A DNA stretch of 64,000 nucleotides, from the NCBI GenBank assembly GCA_027604505.1, contig JADIIX010000011.1:62001-126000 (forward strand), in the 5' to 3' direction. The stretch comes from Gonapodya sp. JEL0774. Lineage: Eukaryota. The position numbers were made by a program, and so were the translations under genes. The notes beneath the pieces were generated by a model, which was given only the letters and a program-made list of their open reading frames with translations, was not told the origin of the DNA and made no database searches. Shown piece after piece: positions 26,470 to 41,805 of the stretch; the stretch's first letter is position 1, and each line of letters starts with the position of its first letter.

Positions 26470-27318
26470 CTAACTAGCAGAGTACTCGGACAGTGTATTC
26501 TCAATTTTAGCTAGTACAGGCCAGACCTTGGAAAAGCAACAGATAAAGTCCTTTTGAGATGTGAAGCTGGAGCAATCGCGCATGGAAAGATCAAGGCTCA
26601 CTTTGTACACGACTCTGCCCGTGACTAACCCTAAAGGAACGGCACCGTACGTACGGGAGTCTGTGGAATTACTGAGGTTGTCGCCTTGGAGCCATACGTG
26701 GCCTTCAGGGACCTTTCCGTCCGGGCCCAGAGGGCGTGTCAGCATGGATGGCGTGGCTTCGCCAGATGTGAACCCACCTCGACATATGTGCGGTTTTGCA
26801 GTGTTGGATCAACGCAAACAATGTCGTTGGGCTGTGATTAGGGTGACAATTTACCATATCTTAACTGGGAAGAAATCGACTGAAAATTGACGTACCATGC
26901 CCAAAACTCGTTTGCAAATCGCGCGTTTCGGATTTGTGGGTGAAGTGCAAACAACAACATCACCGACGGCTATTGTGCCACGTCGCGGAGAGATTTTTTC
27001 GACAACGACAAAATCGTTGGTGACGTTCAGGGTGGGAAGCATGGAAGGTCCCAACGCCTGAAGGAGAACGGGGAGGGTAAAGATACCACGTCCATGCAAA
27101 GGAAGCAAGGCACGAATACTCGCCATTGTCACCTCCGCGACATTTTGTTGGAATAAGGTGGCGATGAGACATCTTAAAGACAGCGAGTTGAGATGAGGTG
27201 GAACATGTGTCGAGGAGGGAGAGGTCAAAGTTCAAGAAGGCAAAACGCACCCCTGAATCGTCCACGATGCGATAGAAAGAGCGGGTCTCCAGATTCTCGC
27301 GAATCTGCCATTGGACAT
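26470..27318 (-). CDS. IMP1: Mitochondrial inner membrane peptidase subunit (S26 family)
   Basis: GPSMLPTLN (catalytic Ser), [20 protein letters not shown] (Lys), [30 protein letters not shown]. Confidence 0.88.
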
Positions 27319-28151
27319 GAATTGGGTTTCAAGGAAACAAATTTGAATACAAAATTTAGCCTTCTCAGAACTGATCGCCTCATCGATGGACGAGACATTC
27401 CCTCTCATCCGCTCTCTCGCTGCGGGAGCTCTACTCGACACTGCACCCGCGGCCTGGCTCTCCTGCTCGTCCGACTTTGCTGGGAAACGGTACGTCCCAA
27501 CTCTTCAGCCTAGGACGACACCCTCTTAACCGTTGAAACTCTGATTAAGGCGATGCGCGTGGCCGCTTCCTCGACGATTGTACGTTCAAAATCTCTCTTT
27601 TTCTCGATTGTGGTACCACTGCACCCGCTTACGATGTTGCCTGTTTCAGCACCGACGTTCAACCAACCCTGGCAGACCCTCCGACTGACGAACTCCCACC
27701 TCAAGACACCTGGGTGCAGGAAACTCTAGATAGCGTACTGATAACATCCAGTTCTAAAGATGATTCGTCTGAACTTGAGCGCGACGCCGTGCAAACCGCG
27801 AGCGAGACTATGGTGCGGCGGACGTTGGAAACGTTTTGGAAACTGCGGTGTGCACCGGGACTAGACAGGTTGGTCAAGAGAGTGCCGCAAGGGCGCGCTA
27901 TATGCAGGTTGTGCTTTACATTCTCGAACGCGCTTTACCTCTCCATGCCCCAGAGACATGCGAAGAGACGATTTGGTCGGCTGGGAAAGCCTGATTGGGC
28001 TGCTCGAGTGCAATGATACTGTCAGACGACGTATAAGGCGTAGATTAAAGCGACTAGAACGTCTCCATCGAGTGATATCGATTTAGAAGTTGTGACTAAA
28101 AATACTTGCTACTGGATAGTATAACCTGCCAAAACAATTCATATCTCCCAA

Positions 28152-29886
28152 ATGGCTTCACTGTCCGAATCTCTCACCACTCCCCCCACTTCCACCACAC
28201 TGGACTTTGATGATGACACCACTGTGCTTAGCGCGCCTCCCGCAGATCCCCCTGCAGCCCCGGACGCCGCCGACACGGACCAGATGTCTGACGCGGTCGC
28301 GGGCGAGGATGGGGAAGACGAACAGATCAAAAGAGCAGGATTTGAAGTGGGATTCGCCGAGGATAGGAACAAGAGGTGCAGGAGGACGATGGAGGTGAGT
28401 TATGTCGTCAGACATTCACGCGCCGCCGGGGGCGATTGTTAGCTTCCTGGCGATTCACGATCAGAGATGGCCTCGTAGGATGCCCACGCTTTTCATTACA
28501 ACTTTTCTGGCGTGGATGGAGACGGATTTTTTGCTATATACGATGGTCACGCGGGGAAAGCCGCTGCAGATTGGTGCGGGAACAACTTACACGGGGTGAG
28601 CGCGAGAGATCGCATAGAATGACCCCCAAGTGAAGAAAAAAACGTGATTTCGTGTAGGTGCTGGCCAACGTGTTGGCAGAGAATCCCTCCATGCCTGTCC
28701 CGCAAGCACTCCATAAAACCTTCCTCCTCACAGACGAGCGGTTGGTGGGTTCCAAGTTTGACAATTTTTTGGGGGCATATCTCCTTTTCATGATCTTGAT
28801 TGGCTTGAAATGACACATGAATGTCTCCCAGGCTGAACGAAAGGGCCTCCACTCGGGATGTACGGCAGTAGTCTCCCTCCTCCGAACGGAAACACGACCG
28901 ACAAAGGACGGAGGAACCTCCAAAAAGGTAAATATCGTTGGTGCTTTTTGTTTTCCTCTCTCAGGTCCTATTAACGTATCCGCCGGTGACTACGGTGACG
29001 GTGTTTTGACTTCATGACATCAGAGGGTGCTCTACACCGCAAATGTAGGAGACGCCCGAGTAGTTCTGTGTAGAGGGGGAAGAGCGATCCGGCTGACCTA
29101 TGACCACAAGGGTGAGTGCTGCGTGTTTTGTGGGCTGAAAAAGTATCGGGGCGGAGCAGCTCATGTCTGCGCCTACGTTTGAACCAGGCTCCGACCCAAC
29201 AGAGCAAGGCCGGATAGCAGACTGTGGTGGCTTCGTGATGAATAATCGAGTCAACGGTGAGCGCGGAAATTTGAACTCAAATGGGCGCTCTTTTTGAGTC
29301 GTTCGTCGTTCCACAACGTCGTCCTCTCCCACATCACATCACACCCGTACCCACTCACCCCATCCCTGTCCCACGCGCTTTACCACGCTCTCAAGGCATT
29401 CTTGCCGTCACCCGTTCCCTGGGTGACCTGTCGATGAAGGACCTCATCACGGGTGCGCCGTTCACGACCGAGGTGGAGCTCGTGGACGAGGACGAGTTTT
29501 TCATCTTGGCGTGCGATGGGGTGAGTTTTGGTGGGGATGGGGGGGCGGGGGGGCGGGGGGGGGGGCGACTGACTGGTTGCGGTGGTGGTTGTGGGTGTGG
29601 GGACGGGAGTGGTTGGGGGAGCAACCCACGATTGAGCGCCGTCGTCTCGTTCTCCCACTCAAACCACGTGTCCCCTCCCTCACACCCTCCACCCTTTCCC
29701 CTCCCACCCATCTTCTCCGTCCCCCCCGCTGCTCAGGTCTGGGACGTGTGCACCGACGACAATGCGTGCCGGTTGATCCGGTCGATACCGAGCCCGCAGG
29801 ACGCGGCCGACATGTTGTTGCAGCACGCGCTGGAGAATTGGAGTACGGATAATTTGAGCGTGGTGGTGGTCCGGGTGAGGAAGTGA
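28152..29886 (+). CDS. PTC1: Protein phosphatase 2C, Ptc1-like
   Basis: [86 protein letters not shown]. Confidence 0.93.
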
Positions 29887-30324
29887 GGGGGGTGAGGGGG
29901 CAGGGGAGGGGGGAGATGAGAAGTGGGTTCTGATTCGGTGTGTGGGGCGGGAGATGTGCGCTGGGGTCGCGGGCGGTGGACAGGGGGAGGTCTTCGTGGG
30001 ATACCCAGTCACAAAAACGACGGCAAGAGCATGGTGGATCTCGTCATATACCGTGGTAGATCCGTGATGTGACTTCCCCCTATCGCGTAGGCACAGCATT
30101 TTTTACAATGAATTTTCTGCTCGATGTTTCACGTGGAATGGAATAGTATTGTTCGCTCGATCGATACCGGGGTCCACTTCTGGGTGGTCGCTGGGGTACA
30201 ATGTATTGGTCATATCAACGAAGGTTATCGACTTAGAAATATCGCCTGAAACCCGCTCTGATATTCCACACCGGTTGTAAATTACGTCCGGTTTGGGTCG
30301 TTTTCGGCAGTGATTATCAGCCAA

Positions 30325-32000
30325 ATGCCCCTAGACTTGGACCATCGGTTGATCGACGCGGTCGATTCTGGAGCAGTCGATGAAGCTCGACGTCTTCTCA
30401 TCCTGGGAGCAAGCCCTTCTGCTCGGAAAAGAGTCACTCTGCGAATTCGAGTTGCAGAAAATCGTGGCGTAGAGACAAAATCTGACACGATCGAAGGTGA
30501 AAACGCCATGGCACTCGCCATTGTTCACCGACACGTGGATGTTGTAGAGCAGCTTCTGCAGCATGGTGCAGATCCGAATACTGAGATGTAATGGAAGATC
30601 CCTAATTGGGGCCTCGCGGTGAAGACCTGGACTCCGAACGAACATTTCCGAACGCGTTGACACTCGCAGTATCCTGAGGTGTAAAGTCAACGTGGTGGAA
30701 TGGAACCGTCCACGACCAATCAACCGTGAAGAGCAACCTCAAAACCAGCAATCTTGGCGAGCAACTTACTGTCCAGAATCCCAAAATCGTCCACGATGTG
30801 AGGAATTACTTTCATCTTCGTCCTCAGCTGGACAACGTGACGATGTTGCTCCTGAATGGCGCGACCGTGACTGATCGTGAGATGGAAGCAGCGAAGGCAT
30901 TCCCCGATAAACGATTTGCGGAGCTAGTTGCAGAGCACAGAAGGAGTTCTCCTTCTACGTCTACCCCAAGCGCATTGTCACTCCACCGTTCGTGGTCTTC
31001 CGAATGGGTTCACTTGTCCAGCCCTCGGTCTATGGACACCATGATCGATCAAGTCAATCAGGGACTCACATCACCAGCTTTAGCAACCGAATCGCAGGCC
31101 GCCTCCGCCTTTGCGAAGGGAAGCACAACGAAGCTTCAAAAGATCATCGAAGAGCTTCAAGCGAAGAATGCCGCACTGGAGTCCGGTATCAGTAAGCGAG
31201 ACAGGTATATTTGGACTGCTTTCGCAAAGCACAGAATAATTTGTCTCCGCTGACAGATCAATTTTAGTCGCATATCCCGAGCTTGAGGGTCGCATATCCG
31301 AGCTTGAGGCTCAAATAATCAACGACGCGTCAATTCCCACTGAGAATGTCACCATAAACGCCAAAAAGCGGAAGCTGAATCCGCCCCATTCCCCACCAAG
31401 TGCGCATTCCACGCTGTTGGACCGGCACCAGGTCTTTCGCGGCGCTGAAACATCACACCTTTCGCCACGGGACCTCGAGTATGTCCGTGTCGAAGCACTC
31501 ATGCAAGTGGTGGCCAATTTTCTTCCGCAGCGTTCGGATGAACTGCAACTATCTTGTGGTGATCATGTTTTTGTGAATGTGTCGTTCTCCGATGGATGGG
31601 GCTCTGTGAGTGCAAGCATCACGGACGAAGCTACTTTACGTGGTATTGCATGAACAATCGTTCTCATTTGTGCTCTTGTTCTGACTGTCAGGGTATGAAC
31701 ATGCGCACCAATGCTTCGGGAGTGTTTCCACTTTCGCATTTATCCCCGAACCAGATGTGTCCACCGGGGAGCACTCTTCCAAAGATTTCGTCCACTGATT
31801 CAGCACCACTACTACAGTCCAGCGTAGGTCAAACTCTCTGCATACACATCTGACCGTCGATACCACAATCAGCAAAACCTTGGAGTGTAGGCCCTACCTG
31901 TACCTGGCACAATGATGCCGGAATTCGAGGGTTACCAAACTCGCCAGACGGATTTCCAGACACCCGTGAAGATGGAAGAAAATTGATGCCACCAATATGA
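30325..32000 (+). pseudogene. Disrupted ankyrin-like + coiled-coil + SH3 gene
   Basis: Ankyrin-like ALAIVHRHVDVVEQLLQHGADPN and C-terminal SH3 (VVANFLPQRSDELQLSCGDHVFVNVSFSDGWGS-GMNMRTNASGVFP). Interrupted by TAA 30589-30591, a frameshift, TGA 30675-30677 and a 1-nt length difference in a tandem heptad duplication at 31267-31309. Confidence 0.6.
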
Positions 32001-33078
32001 CCTGATTGTGGAACGTACTTTGATCTGTTCATCTGTCGGATCAGGCGGGGCTGGATGCTTGGGGGTTTCAGTGTCATGGAATATGGATCACGTGTATTTA
32101 TCGCTCCATCTGATTGGAGATGATCTCAAAATTCCGTTGAGTTCATCTTAATGGTGATGCAGAATCGGAATGTATCTAGTTCAGCAGCAGGTATACGTAT
32201 CGCCGTCAGAATAGGGTGTCCAACTGCTTGTTTTTATAGAAGTGTAACAAATATGTACGTGCTAGTGAGCTGAAGTTGCTGGCTGCCCTGTGAACGTTTC
32301 GTGCAACGTACTTCCTTTGAGTTTCTCTTGGACTTCTGATACTGCTACACAAAGGCCCTAGGACTATCCAGCCTGCAAAAGTATTACAGCACTATCGCTT
32401 ATTACTCCTATTATAAGCTCTTGCGTCTGGTTGACACCTCCGAAGCCGCTTTTCAGCCGGCATATACGAGTCGCCGATTAAGATATTCGAACCTCCTAGG
32501 ATAATGTATCACAAACGTAAGAAAGCAATGCCAAATAAAATTTTCATTTCTGTATAATCTCTAGTGATAATTTTCAGCAAGGAGTGGCTCGGAACTCCAC
32601 CCTCCCCGAACTCGACTACTACCCCGGGGGTATATACGTACAATCTTTTCTCTTACACTTTCCGATGCTACAACGCACGACCCGCCGACACTCGGAGGGT
32701 ACAAGAAAGCGTTCATAGCCCCTGTCCCTGCAGTCCGCACCCCGCACCCCGGCCAGACGCCAAACGCAAAACGTCAAACGCCAACCACCAACCGAGGTTC
32801 GAGGTGCGATGCTCGGGCGGTTTCGACACTGGTCGAGTCGGGTCCAGTCCAGGAGATAAGCGGGGACGGAGGAGAGGCAACGAGGGGGCAAATGAGGGTG
32901 GGGTGAGAGCGAGTACGAGATCAAGCCGGGTACAGAGTGGAATTGGATGGATGAGGGCGGTTCGAGGTATGGAGGTTATCGAGTATAAGGTGACGAGTGC
33001 GACGAAGTGACGAGGTGACAAAAGGCGACAAGGCGAGGAGGTGACAAGGTGACAAGGTGAGACGACCCCGGGTGTTTT

Positions 33079-33990
33079 TCAGAGTTCGCGGTAGTTCTTC
33101 TGTTCGAGCTCGACTCTGTTTAGGGGGGGTTGGGGGTCATCGGGGTTATTGGTGTTGATGGGGTTGTGGAGTTTTGGGGATGGTGGAGGTGTGGGGTGCA
33201 ATGCGTGTGGGACGGGGGGAGGATGCGTTCCAGAGAAAGAGAAACGGGGTGTCAGACAAGATTGAGCACGAGCGCGGTTTGTGTGGAGACGAGATGTTCA
33301 TGCCAGAATAGAGTCTCTAGCCAATGGTTTACACGACCACACGGTTCACATGGCCAAAACTGCACATGACCACGAATCCACATGGGCCTCGGGGGCATTG
33401 GTCGCCCATCTCGCTGCCGCTCGGGGCCATACGTAGAGCAATCTCGCTGACGCTCGAATGGGACTCGCCTGGTTCTCGTTGCCGCTTGGGAGGTGCTCGC
33501 CTGGCCCTCTCGCTGTCGCTCGTAGCCCACCAACTCACCTCTGCTTCAACAAATGCGCGAGTCTGACCCTCTCTCTGAGCACCGCGAGGAAGTACCTGTG
33601 CTTTGCCTCCTTCTTCTTCCTCCGCCGCATATCTGTGGGTTTTTCAAACTCCCTCTGTCTCCTGAGAATCTCTCTTATTTTCGACTCGTTGACGACGGCT
33701 CTGAGCTTGGCGAGGGCCAACATGGGTTGGTCGTTTGTGACGTAGATTGAGCGACCGTAGGAGATGTGGGCGAGGGGAGAGCGTCTTTGGGAGGGAGAAG
33801 AAGGGGTGTTGTATTGGGATAGAGGGGGCAAGGAAGAGAAGAGACGGGAAGGAATGACGTGGGTGGGTGTGGGTGGATGGGTGGGAGTGTGGTTCGGAGT
33901 GGGGAATGGAGGGAGGGACGCGAGTGCGAGTGCAGAAAATGCGTTGCTGATGCTGAGTGGACACGGGATGAGGGAACGCACTGATTGCAT
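33079..33990 (-). CDS. MRP21: Mitochondrial ribosomal protein bS21-like
   Basis: GRSIYV..ALAKLRAVVNESKIREILRRQREFEKPTDMRRRKKKE (S21 family FEKP motif). Final exon RVELEQKNYREL* follows intron 33116-33538. Confidence 0.75.
33409..33521 (-). repeat. Array of four 14-bp motifs (GAGCGNCARCGAGA) at 32-34 bp period inside the bS21 intron
   Basis: Plus-strand copies tctcgctgccgctc 33409, tctcgctgacgctc 33442, tctcgttgccgctt 33474, tctcgctgtcgctc 33508. Confidence 0.8.
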
Positions 33991-34620
33991 CTTGGTCAGA
34001 GTGTGCGGGGGCAGAGGCAAGCAATGGGAACAATCGGGGGTGGGAAGGGTGCACAAACCACTGGCATCTGACGGACACCTTCAGTCTCCAATATCCACCA
34101 TAAAAGCATTCGAACTACCATGATTTATACTCACTGCTGAGTCGCTCGACGTGGGGGAAGGTTCATGTGGTGACTGCCGTCCGCGTTGGAGACTGGGGTG
34201 CTCCAGCATTGTTCCCGATGGCAACGCTGAACTTCTCTTTCGTCTGTCCTGTATCTAAGCCCTCGATTCCACTTCCTCTACCTGTATTTGAATAACTACA
34301 ACAAAGAGTGAAGGTGAAACAACTCTTATTGGCGTGCCCAAGGAGGAACAGGCGAAGTCAGCGAAACCAACTCCAGCGGCGGCTGCACCACGTCAAACAC
34401 TCATATGAGTCCACCGGGAATAGACCTATACATATCGTTTCACTGACGGGGTACAAACTTTTCACTTGCAGACGAAAATGTATTGCTCTCACTAAATATC
34501 CCACACGTGGCTTCCGGTTCGTGAAAATAGATTATGACGTGATAAAGATATGATTCTCAAAATGCAATTCACAAGAACACCACATAATGCAAGAAGCTCC
34601 ATACCCTCTAGCCACCGAGC

Positions 34621-35610
34621 TCATTTCCCCGCAGATTGTCCGCCCTGCCCCTGTGGCATCCTCAGCATGGGCGTCATACACTCCTCCCCGTACCGCATGA
34701 TCGTCTCCTGCCTCACGAACCCCAACCGTTCATAAAACGGCAAGTTCTTGGTGTTACTGCTCTCCAAATACACCCTCTTGCCCTCCTTGTCCGCCGCAGC
34801 CAGAACCGGCTGCAGCACTTTTCGCCCCAGCCCCTTCCCCTGCTGTCCGCTCCGAGTCCCCAGCTGGTGGAGGTAGTAAAACCCCCTGTAGTGTTCGCGC
34901 CCGCCCACGTTCCGCTTCTTCACCTTCCCGGTCGCCGCGCCCGTGACCACAAAGTACCTCCAAAACGCCGTCGGGTAGGCACACGCTGCGCGGAGGATGA
35001 GCGCCAAGATCCGCCCCGCGGCGCCAACGGTGGGCGGTATGTCGATGTAGTAACCCGGTGGGAACACCGTGGCCACCGATACGACGACCGAGGCCGTGGT
35101 GAGCGGGTGGGACGGGGGCTGGTCCACCACGACCCACACGGCGCCGCGGAGGGAGCGGGTGTAGGAGATCCAGGTGCGCTGGAAGGCGAGCTCGAAAGAG
35201 CGGGTGGGGGGGCCTTGGGCGTACCATGTGTGGAAGGGGTCTGGGGGTGAGAGAGGAGGCGGGGGGAAGGGGGTGAGTGCGGTGCGGGGTGGATGAGTCA
35301 CGGAGTTTCCGTCGTCTGACAGCCGACAGCCGACAGCCGAACCTTCACCCCTTCCCGCCTTCCCTTCCCACACATCTTACCCCTCCCCTCCCCCTCCATC
35401 CCCGCTGCAAACCTCCCTCACCCCGTCACCCGTCCCCCCACAAGGCACAAACTCACCCTCCTTGAACGCGTCAATGAGACATTCCGCCGTACTCTCACAC
35501 AGCGCCTCGTACACCTCGGGATTCTCCTTTCGTATCGAGTGCAGGTCGAGTACCGTCACCGTGTCGGTGGCGGCGATGTTGGTGGTGGGCGCGGGGGGGA
35601 TGGTAGACAT
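34621..35610 (-). CDS. GNAT-family N-acetyltransferase
   Basis: CLIDAFKE|DPFHTW, YYLHQLGTRSGQQGKGLGRKVL (acetyl-CoA motif A), VYLESSNTKNLPFYERLGF. One intron, 35241-35456. Confidence 0.88.
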
Positions 35611-38600
35611 GGGGACTGGGGTTGAGATGGTAACGCGAAATAGAGAGCAGGTTCGGCTTTTGTCTTGCGCCTTCGATCGAGGGGAAACTTGCGAGTCGGG
35701 ACGTTTTTATGGACTCATTTTTCAGTCAAGTTTACCCAAGCAGTCCGCCGACCGCGGCCACGGCACGGCCTGGTACGGCGGCTGCCGGGTGCCGGCCTTG
35801 GCGATGTAATGATTACCCGGACACGCGTCGAGTTCTCTGCGCAAGATCGGAACAAAGAAGGAGCCCCTTTGGAGGCAAAAAATGACCGGACGAATTATTT
35901 TGTGACAGAATGGGGGATTTTGTTTTCGTCGGGGGAACATGAAATCTGTCGGGTCTGCGTGACGCGTCAGGTATGTCCACTGTCGACCGCCAGGCCGGGT
36001 ATGACAAAGCAGACAATAAAAAATGCACACATATATGATTTCATATAAAAGGAACGCAGGATACACATCACAGAGCCCACGGGAAAGGGAACTTGGGCGG
36101 TATCGGGTGTTGAAAGAGAATCAAGATGACGCAACCGACACGCAGAAGGATTGGGTGTCTCGTGTCTGAACTAGCCGAACGTAGGGAGACGCTTGACTAG
36201 CGTACTACTGCTGTTGTAGTCGTTTCTGATCGGTTTATAGGGCACAAAAGTTACAGTTCAAACATAACAGGCAAGACAGACGACGGGTTCGTCTGGGGCG
36301 GGTCCCTTGAGCGTTCTCAATCTTGGTACTGTTGATGCAGAAGGTGTTAGCTCTACTTCTCTTGTCTGATCCGTTTCTTTTCGTCGGTTTTTCCGTATTC
36401 GATTTTCGATATCTCAATACAACACAGTCACAACTCGTCATCCCAACTCAGCCCATCATGACTCATTCTGTAAAATGCTATCGCATATGCTCGACAAAGT
36501 CTCTCAGTGGCATTCAAAATTGTCCTCATGTTCTCTCTCTCCCGATAATAATGTCCATGTCAAGTATGTGTCTCGACCAGCAAGTCCCTGGTCGGACCCT
36601 TCATCCTAAGGAGTGTCATGTTGTGATAAAATCCCAACATTAGCCATGACAGCGGGGGATGGTTGTGTCTGCCGGCGCACCTGTCACTGTTGTCTTGGTG
36701 TTTGTCTGCCGTCCGCGTGGCAGTGCCGAGTGCGGGGTGCTCACAAGTTACACATGTTTTCTTTCCAAAATCAAACACACCAACCGCTGAAAAAGCGCAC
36801 GTATCGTAGCTTCACTATAATTCCGTGAGGTTGTTATAGGCAAAATAATCTCCAAAATATTTCTACGTATCATTCTGGTATTGCGCGTCTTCAAAGATGT
36901 CAGCGGAGATCCAGATCAACTCTGACCCGCCCCGGGGGCAGACGAAGTCAGGAAGAGAGTTCATCGGATGTGGTCAAGCAGAGAGCTCATCGCAAAAGTA
37001 AAGTTGTCCACCTTCTGGGCAACAGTGCCGCCTTTCCTCAGTCTTGCTTTTGCCTCGTCCACGAGAACGACGGCAGTCATCGCAGTGGGCGTTGTCTTGC
37101 TCACAGATGCGAGATTCTGAGTGGTGGTCTTCGAGTTCTTGCTCTTGGCCCCAAGATAGATTGTTGAACTCCACGTTTGAGAAATGAAGATCTTGCATGG
37201 ATGATGTCCTCGGTTGTTTGAGCTCTCTTGGACCCCCCCTTCCACCTTCCTCCGCAGGCCTCTTGTGCCAAAGTATGTGAATAGTTTACATCAGTAGTAT
37301 GCAAATCACACTTTTTGCTGGCAGAATGGTTTTGCTCACAATTCAGGGATCTGCCTCCCCTCATCAACGAGGAAGAAGGCGTAAGTCCCGCAACGGACGT
37401 TGACCTTTGAGCGTACTAACCCCTTTGGCGCCAAAATCTGACACCGTTGCGGAAGCAGAACTCACCCGACCACAGAAGACGTCCCAAGTGTGTCGCACCC
37501 ACGACATCCTGTTGTTACAAGTTGACTGACTGACCGTGACCAGGTCTTGCCAAATGGGTCCGTTTATTTTATATCCCCCTCCATGACCGGTCAGTTTTCG
37601 GCCTTTAACCACTAGTCCTGGTTTCGAGTAGTGGGCTTGTCATCGATCAAAGGAGCGGGTAGAGTACACAACAGATGCTTGAGCACAAGGCGCACGCAGC
37701 CACGGCAGAAGTGAGAGGGAGAGACAGTGACATTCAAGAACGATTCCTATGCATTGTGTGAATGTGTGCTACATGCGGGTACGACGCGGTTCTCCCAAGC
37801 TGTGCAGCTGTATGTCCCGCCATCGGCAATCGACTCTCTCCCTCCAAGCCGCAGCCAGTACTGTGCGGTGGAGAAGAACACTCAAGGGAATAAAGCCGGG
37901 TACCCAACCAGACGGGCCCAGCCAGGAGTGTGTTCTGAGTTCCGGATGGAAAAGACGGGGATGAGAGAAGGACCCCAGGTGTGGAGTGGTTGCACTCGAA
38001 CGGTTAGTTGGAACTTACGGCGGCTAAACCCAACAACCCCTCATACATATATAATGGAATCAAAACGCGACTCCCCACTTTTTGGATTTGCAATGCAACG
38101 CAGGATGCATTTTTTTTTCTTTTGGACTGGGTGTCCCTCCTCCCTCCTTTTGATCCCCAACCCCCGTCCGTTCTTTTTTAGACTCACTCTTGGAACCAAC
38201 ACTTTCTGGGCCGACAAAAGGAGAATGGGCTGGAAAAACGAACCGAGTCGCGGTACAAAATAGAACGAGCGAAGGATTGCCGGTGGAGTGGACTGCAAAA
38301 CAGGTGAGTCCAAAACCTCAAATCAACTTCAGTCTTTTGTTGCATATTATTAATAGTGGTCATTCCGTCCGTTTCAGGGACACCAGTCATTGGTTCCCAT
38401 CAATCGCCACGTTATCCGATTTGAATGAAAATTGAATGAAAGCGAGGATACATGTCTGTTTTTGGACTCGATCTCTCCCCTCTCTCCCTTGTCCCATTCC
38501 CCCGCCTCCCGTCGTTGGACTTGGCACACACTTGGAACTTTAACTTTGGTTCTTTGTACTCTGAGGTTTGAGAGGTGAATTGGTGCACGTGGACAGGCAG

Positions 38601-38989
38601 GCGCATATGTACATATGTAATACAGAAACTATATATTAGCGTGTAAACATGACCACTTTAGTGAGCGCCCCGAGTAGCTATTGAACACGAAATCATACCA
38701 AAAGCCTTTTGAAACGCCTCTGTATCATTAGGGTATGTATATATTCAACGAGCAGGGTTGACGTAGTGCAGTCCGAATTGGGGGAGGGGGGTGGGGTGAC
38801 CACAGCACAGGAGTTGGAAAGGCGCCCGACGGAACTAAGGAGACAACCATCCATCCATCCAAGACAAGGTGGGTAGGGGACAGGGAGACAGGAAGAGCGA
38901 GCGAGCATGAGACAGACAGACACCGCACAAAATATTGGACGCACTGGGCGACTGGGCGACTTTGTGTGGATGGACGCGACTGCCCTCCC

Positions 38990-39180
38990 CGATACCCCCG
39001 ATCAACACCCCATTCCCCCATTCCCCCCATTGACCGCCCTTCCCCTCCTATTCCCCCTATCACCCACTAATTCCCCATTGCCCCCTTTGCCCCCCATTCC
39101 CCCTATGACCCCCTATAACCCATATAACCCCCAATGACCCCCCCTTCCCACTCCCAGCCAACCCCCCCCTCTTTCTCCCC
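38990..39180 (+). repeat. C-rich degenerate 9-bp minisatellite immediately upstream of RPS20
   Basis: Units such as cccccattc, ccccctatg, cccctataa, cccccaatg in near-tandem. Confidence 0.65.
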
Positions 39181-39188
39181 TTACAATC

Positions 39189-40771
<1,583 letters not shown>

Positions 40772-41741
40772 ACGCGAAGGGTCGTGGAGGCGTGTAGGGC
40801 GTTGTGGCGTGAGAGGTTGTTGAGCATCGAGGAAAACATCTAATTTCCGGATTGGTTTTTTTTTTTGGCGGGTTGGGGTGGAATGTGGCGACCCAGGCGT
40901 GGGCATGGACCGCGACTCCCGTGCGTGGGCCTCGGGCCCCGTTTGGGAGTTTGCTGCTATCGTCTGGCGGTATGGCGGTCTGGTCTGGTCTGTGTGTGTA
41001 GGAGCCCTAGTGTGCCCCTTGTTGTGTGTCCTGTGTGGACAGTGGTTGGCAAATACGATTTGCAGCGCATCTATCTGTAACGAAGACATGTGCACAGCCT
41101 GTGGTCGTCGGGAGGACCGTTATGGAACACTGCCAAGTCGTAGTTGTGAAGATTCTCTTGGTATGTACATGACCACCTGAACCCCGCCCACCCCCCCCAC
41201 CCTGGGCCCGCCCAAAGAGCGGCCACCCGCAAAACACCCACACTACCCCACTTTACCAAAATCCTTGTTCATATATATATATATGCATGAGTTTTATATT
41301 AAGTTTTCTTTTCCAGCTTATTCAGTTGCTTCCGCGCCCTCACACTTGGCCTTGTTTACACGCGACAAATGGTTATGTTGGGAGAGGTTTCTCCCTCGGG
41401 GGTTTCCTGAACCGACACACGGCTCGAGCTCAGCTCAAATAATCTCACGAAAAGAAAAAGCATATATGGATGGAAGGGGGGGGGGATATTTTCTGACATT
41501 GCCAGGGGTTTGGGGTTTGTCAACGTCATCACGTACAGAGAGCCCTGTTCACTGGGCTCCACAACCTCCATCACACCCACACCACACCCACACGGAAACG
41601 ACAGCCCTTCACGCTTTCCAACAACGGTTACAAGGTCTTCCCTCACAGACTTCCAAGTCCAAATAATTCGAAATGGTTTCCACACATACGAGCCACGCGC
41701 TTGTTTGCCGAATCTTGAAAAATGGTCGGTCACTTATTTGG

Positions 41742-41805
41742 GTCCAGAGTGCATCAACCCCCAGGCAGGGCAAGTCCAGAGTGCATCGACCCCCCAGGCA
41801 GGGCA
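41742..41805. repeat. 31/32-bp tandem direct repeat
   Basis: gtccagagtgcatcaacccccaggcagggca and gtccagagtgcatcgaccccccaggcagggca. Confidence 0.85.

Noticed and set aside
30675..30677. In-frame TGA as selenocysteine
   Set aside because: The same gene also has an in-frame TAA and frameshifts, the context is not a redox motif, and no SECIS was recognised.
33409..33521. CRISPR-like repeat-spacer array
   Set aside because: Repeats are only 14 bp and degenerate, two spacers share ctcgcctgg, the array is in a eukaryotic intron and no cas genes are present. Reported instead as a motif array.
34211..34225. X-box-like GTTCCCGATGGCAAC
   Set aside because: It has a mismatch to consensus and lies upstream of a non-ciliary gene; compatible with chance.
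36613..36828. Cys-rich short ORF resembling a metallothionein
   Set aside because: It has a GTG start, arises from TG-rich sequence and lacks regular CxC spacing or gene context.
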